In this document: piece after piece, positions 63,508 through 64,000 of the stretch
Numbering within the stretch: position 1 is the first letter of the stretch
Layout: each line of letters starts with the position of its first letter
Assembly: GCA_963795085.1 (NCBI GenBank)
Contig: CAWCFX010000001.1
Location: 1,184,001-1,248,000 of the forward strand
Source: an uncultured Gemmatimonadales bacterium
Lineage (GTDB): Bacteria > Gemmatimonadota > Gemmatimonadetes > Gemmatimonadales > GWC2-71-9
DNA length: 64,000 bases
Direction of reading: 5' to 3'
Notes under the pieces: model-generated
Told to the model about the DNA's origin: nothing
Seen by the model: the letters and a program-made list of their open reading frames with translations, nothing else
The model's database searches: none
Program-made: the position numbers and the translations under genes

Positions 63508-64000
63508 ATGCGGTTCAGAATGTGGTTACCCATGACTCTACTTGGGCTCACGGCGGCGCCCATCGCGGCCCAGCATGCCCCGGCCGGGGACATGCCGGAA
63601 TCCTACCGGCGGGTCCAGGCCAGTGCCCTGGAGTTGCAGCGCACGATGCTGCTCGCCATGGTCGATTCCATGCCGGAGCGGCTGTACCGGGACAAGGCCA
63701 CCCCCGCGCAACGCGACTTCGCCGGCCAGGTGCAGCACGCGGTGGGCGCGGTCGTGATGATAGGCGCCCGGGTCCTGGGCGCCACGCCGCCCTCGGATCG
63801 GCCCGATACCGCCGCGGTGCTGAACACCCGCGCCGGACTCCGCGGCTTTGTCAATTCACGGTACGACTGGGCGGTGGCCGCGCTCAAGGCGCAAACCGAC
63901 CGCAGCAGGGAAGTGGATCTCTTCGGCAACAAGATGCCGGCCTGGCAGGTCTGGGATGAGATTCACCAGCACACGGTGTGGACCGCGGGGCAGCTGGTAG
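63508..64000 (+). CDS. Secreted DinB-like protein, 3'-truncated by window edge
   Basis: GGAGGA RBS, ATG at 63508, signal peptide, DSMPE..ATPAQRDFA..QH..HT..GQL; not in the ORF track because it has no stop. Confidence 0.75.
   Translation, partial: MRFRMWLPMTLLGLTAAPIAAQHAPAGDMPESYRRVQASALELQRTMLLAMVDSMPERLYRDKATPAQRDFAGQVQHAVGAVVMIGARVLGATPPSDRPDTAAVLNTRAGLRGFVNSRYDWAVAALKAQTDRSREVDLFGNKMPAWQVWDEIHQHTVWTAGQLV

Overview
High-GC bacterial chromosome segment, most likely Gemmatimonadota (inferred from gene order and protein style; no database search was run). Positions 1-44.3 kb are mostly core housekeeping genes: acyl-CoA carboxylase subunits interrupted by an RlmD-like methyltransferase, rplM-rpsI-rpsB-tsf-pyrH-frr-uppS-cdsA-dxr-rseP, rpsO-pnp, ald, dut, mreBCD-mrdA-rodA, accD-folC-hisS-proS-lysA-guaA, mgtE, and dusB-larB-corA-diguanylate cyclase. 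This block ends in a complete tmRNA gene (tag ANSELAMAA). Directly after the tmRNA terminator is an unannotated array of four long (~110 nt) repeat units, two full and two partial, with compensatory stem changes and variable linkers. It precedes an ECF sigma / putative anti-sigma / double-PDZ operon and is the most unusual element in the window. The rest is accessory-like: c-di-GMP genes, an exported oxidoreductase-isomerase-CutC-FGE-like-ApbE cluster, a stand-alone LigD phosphoesterase, DinB/DUF genes, and a mosaic of fused gene fragments. Short 7- and 9-mer tandem/inverted repeats sit right after many stop codons. No CRISPR-cas, integrase, transposase, tRNA or rRNA was seen.
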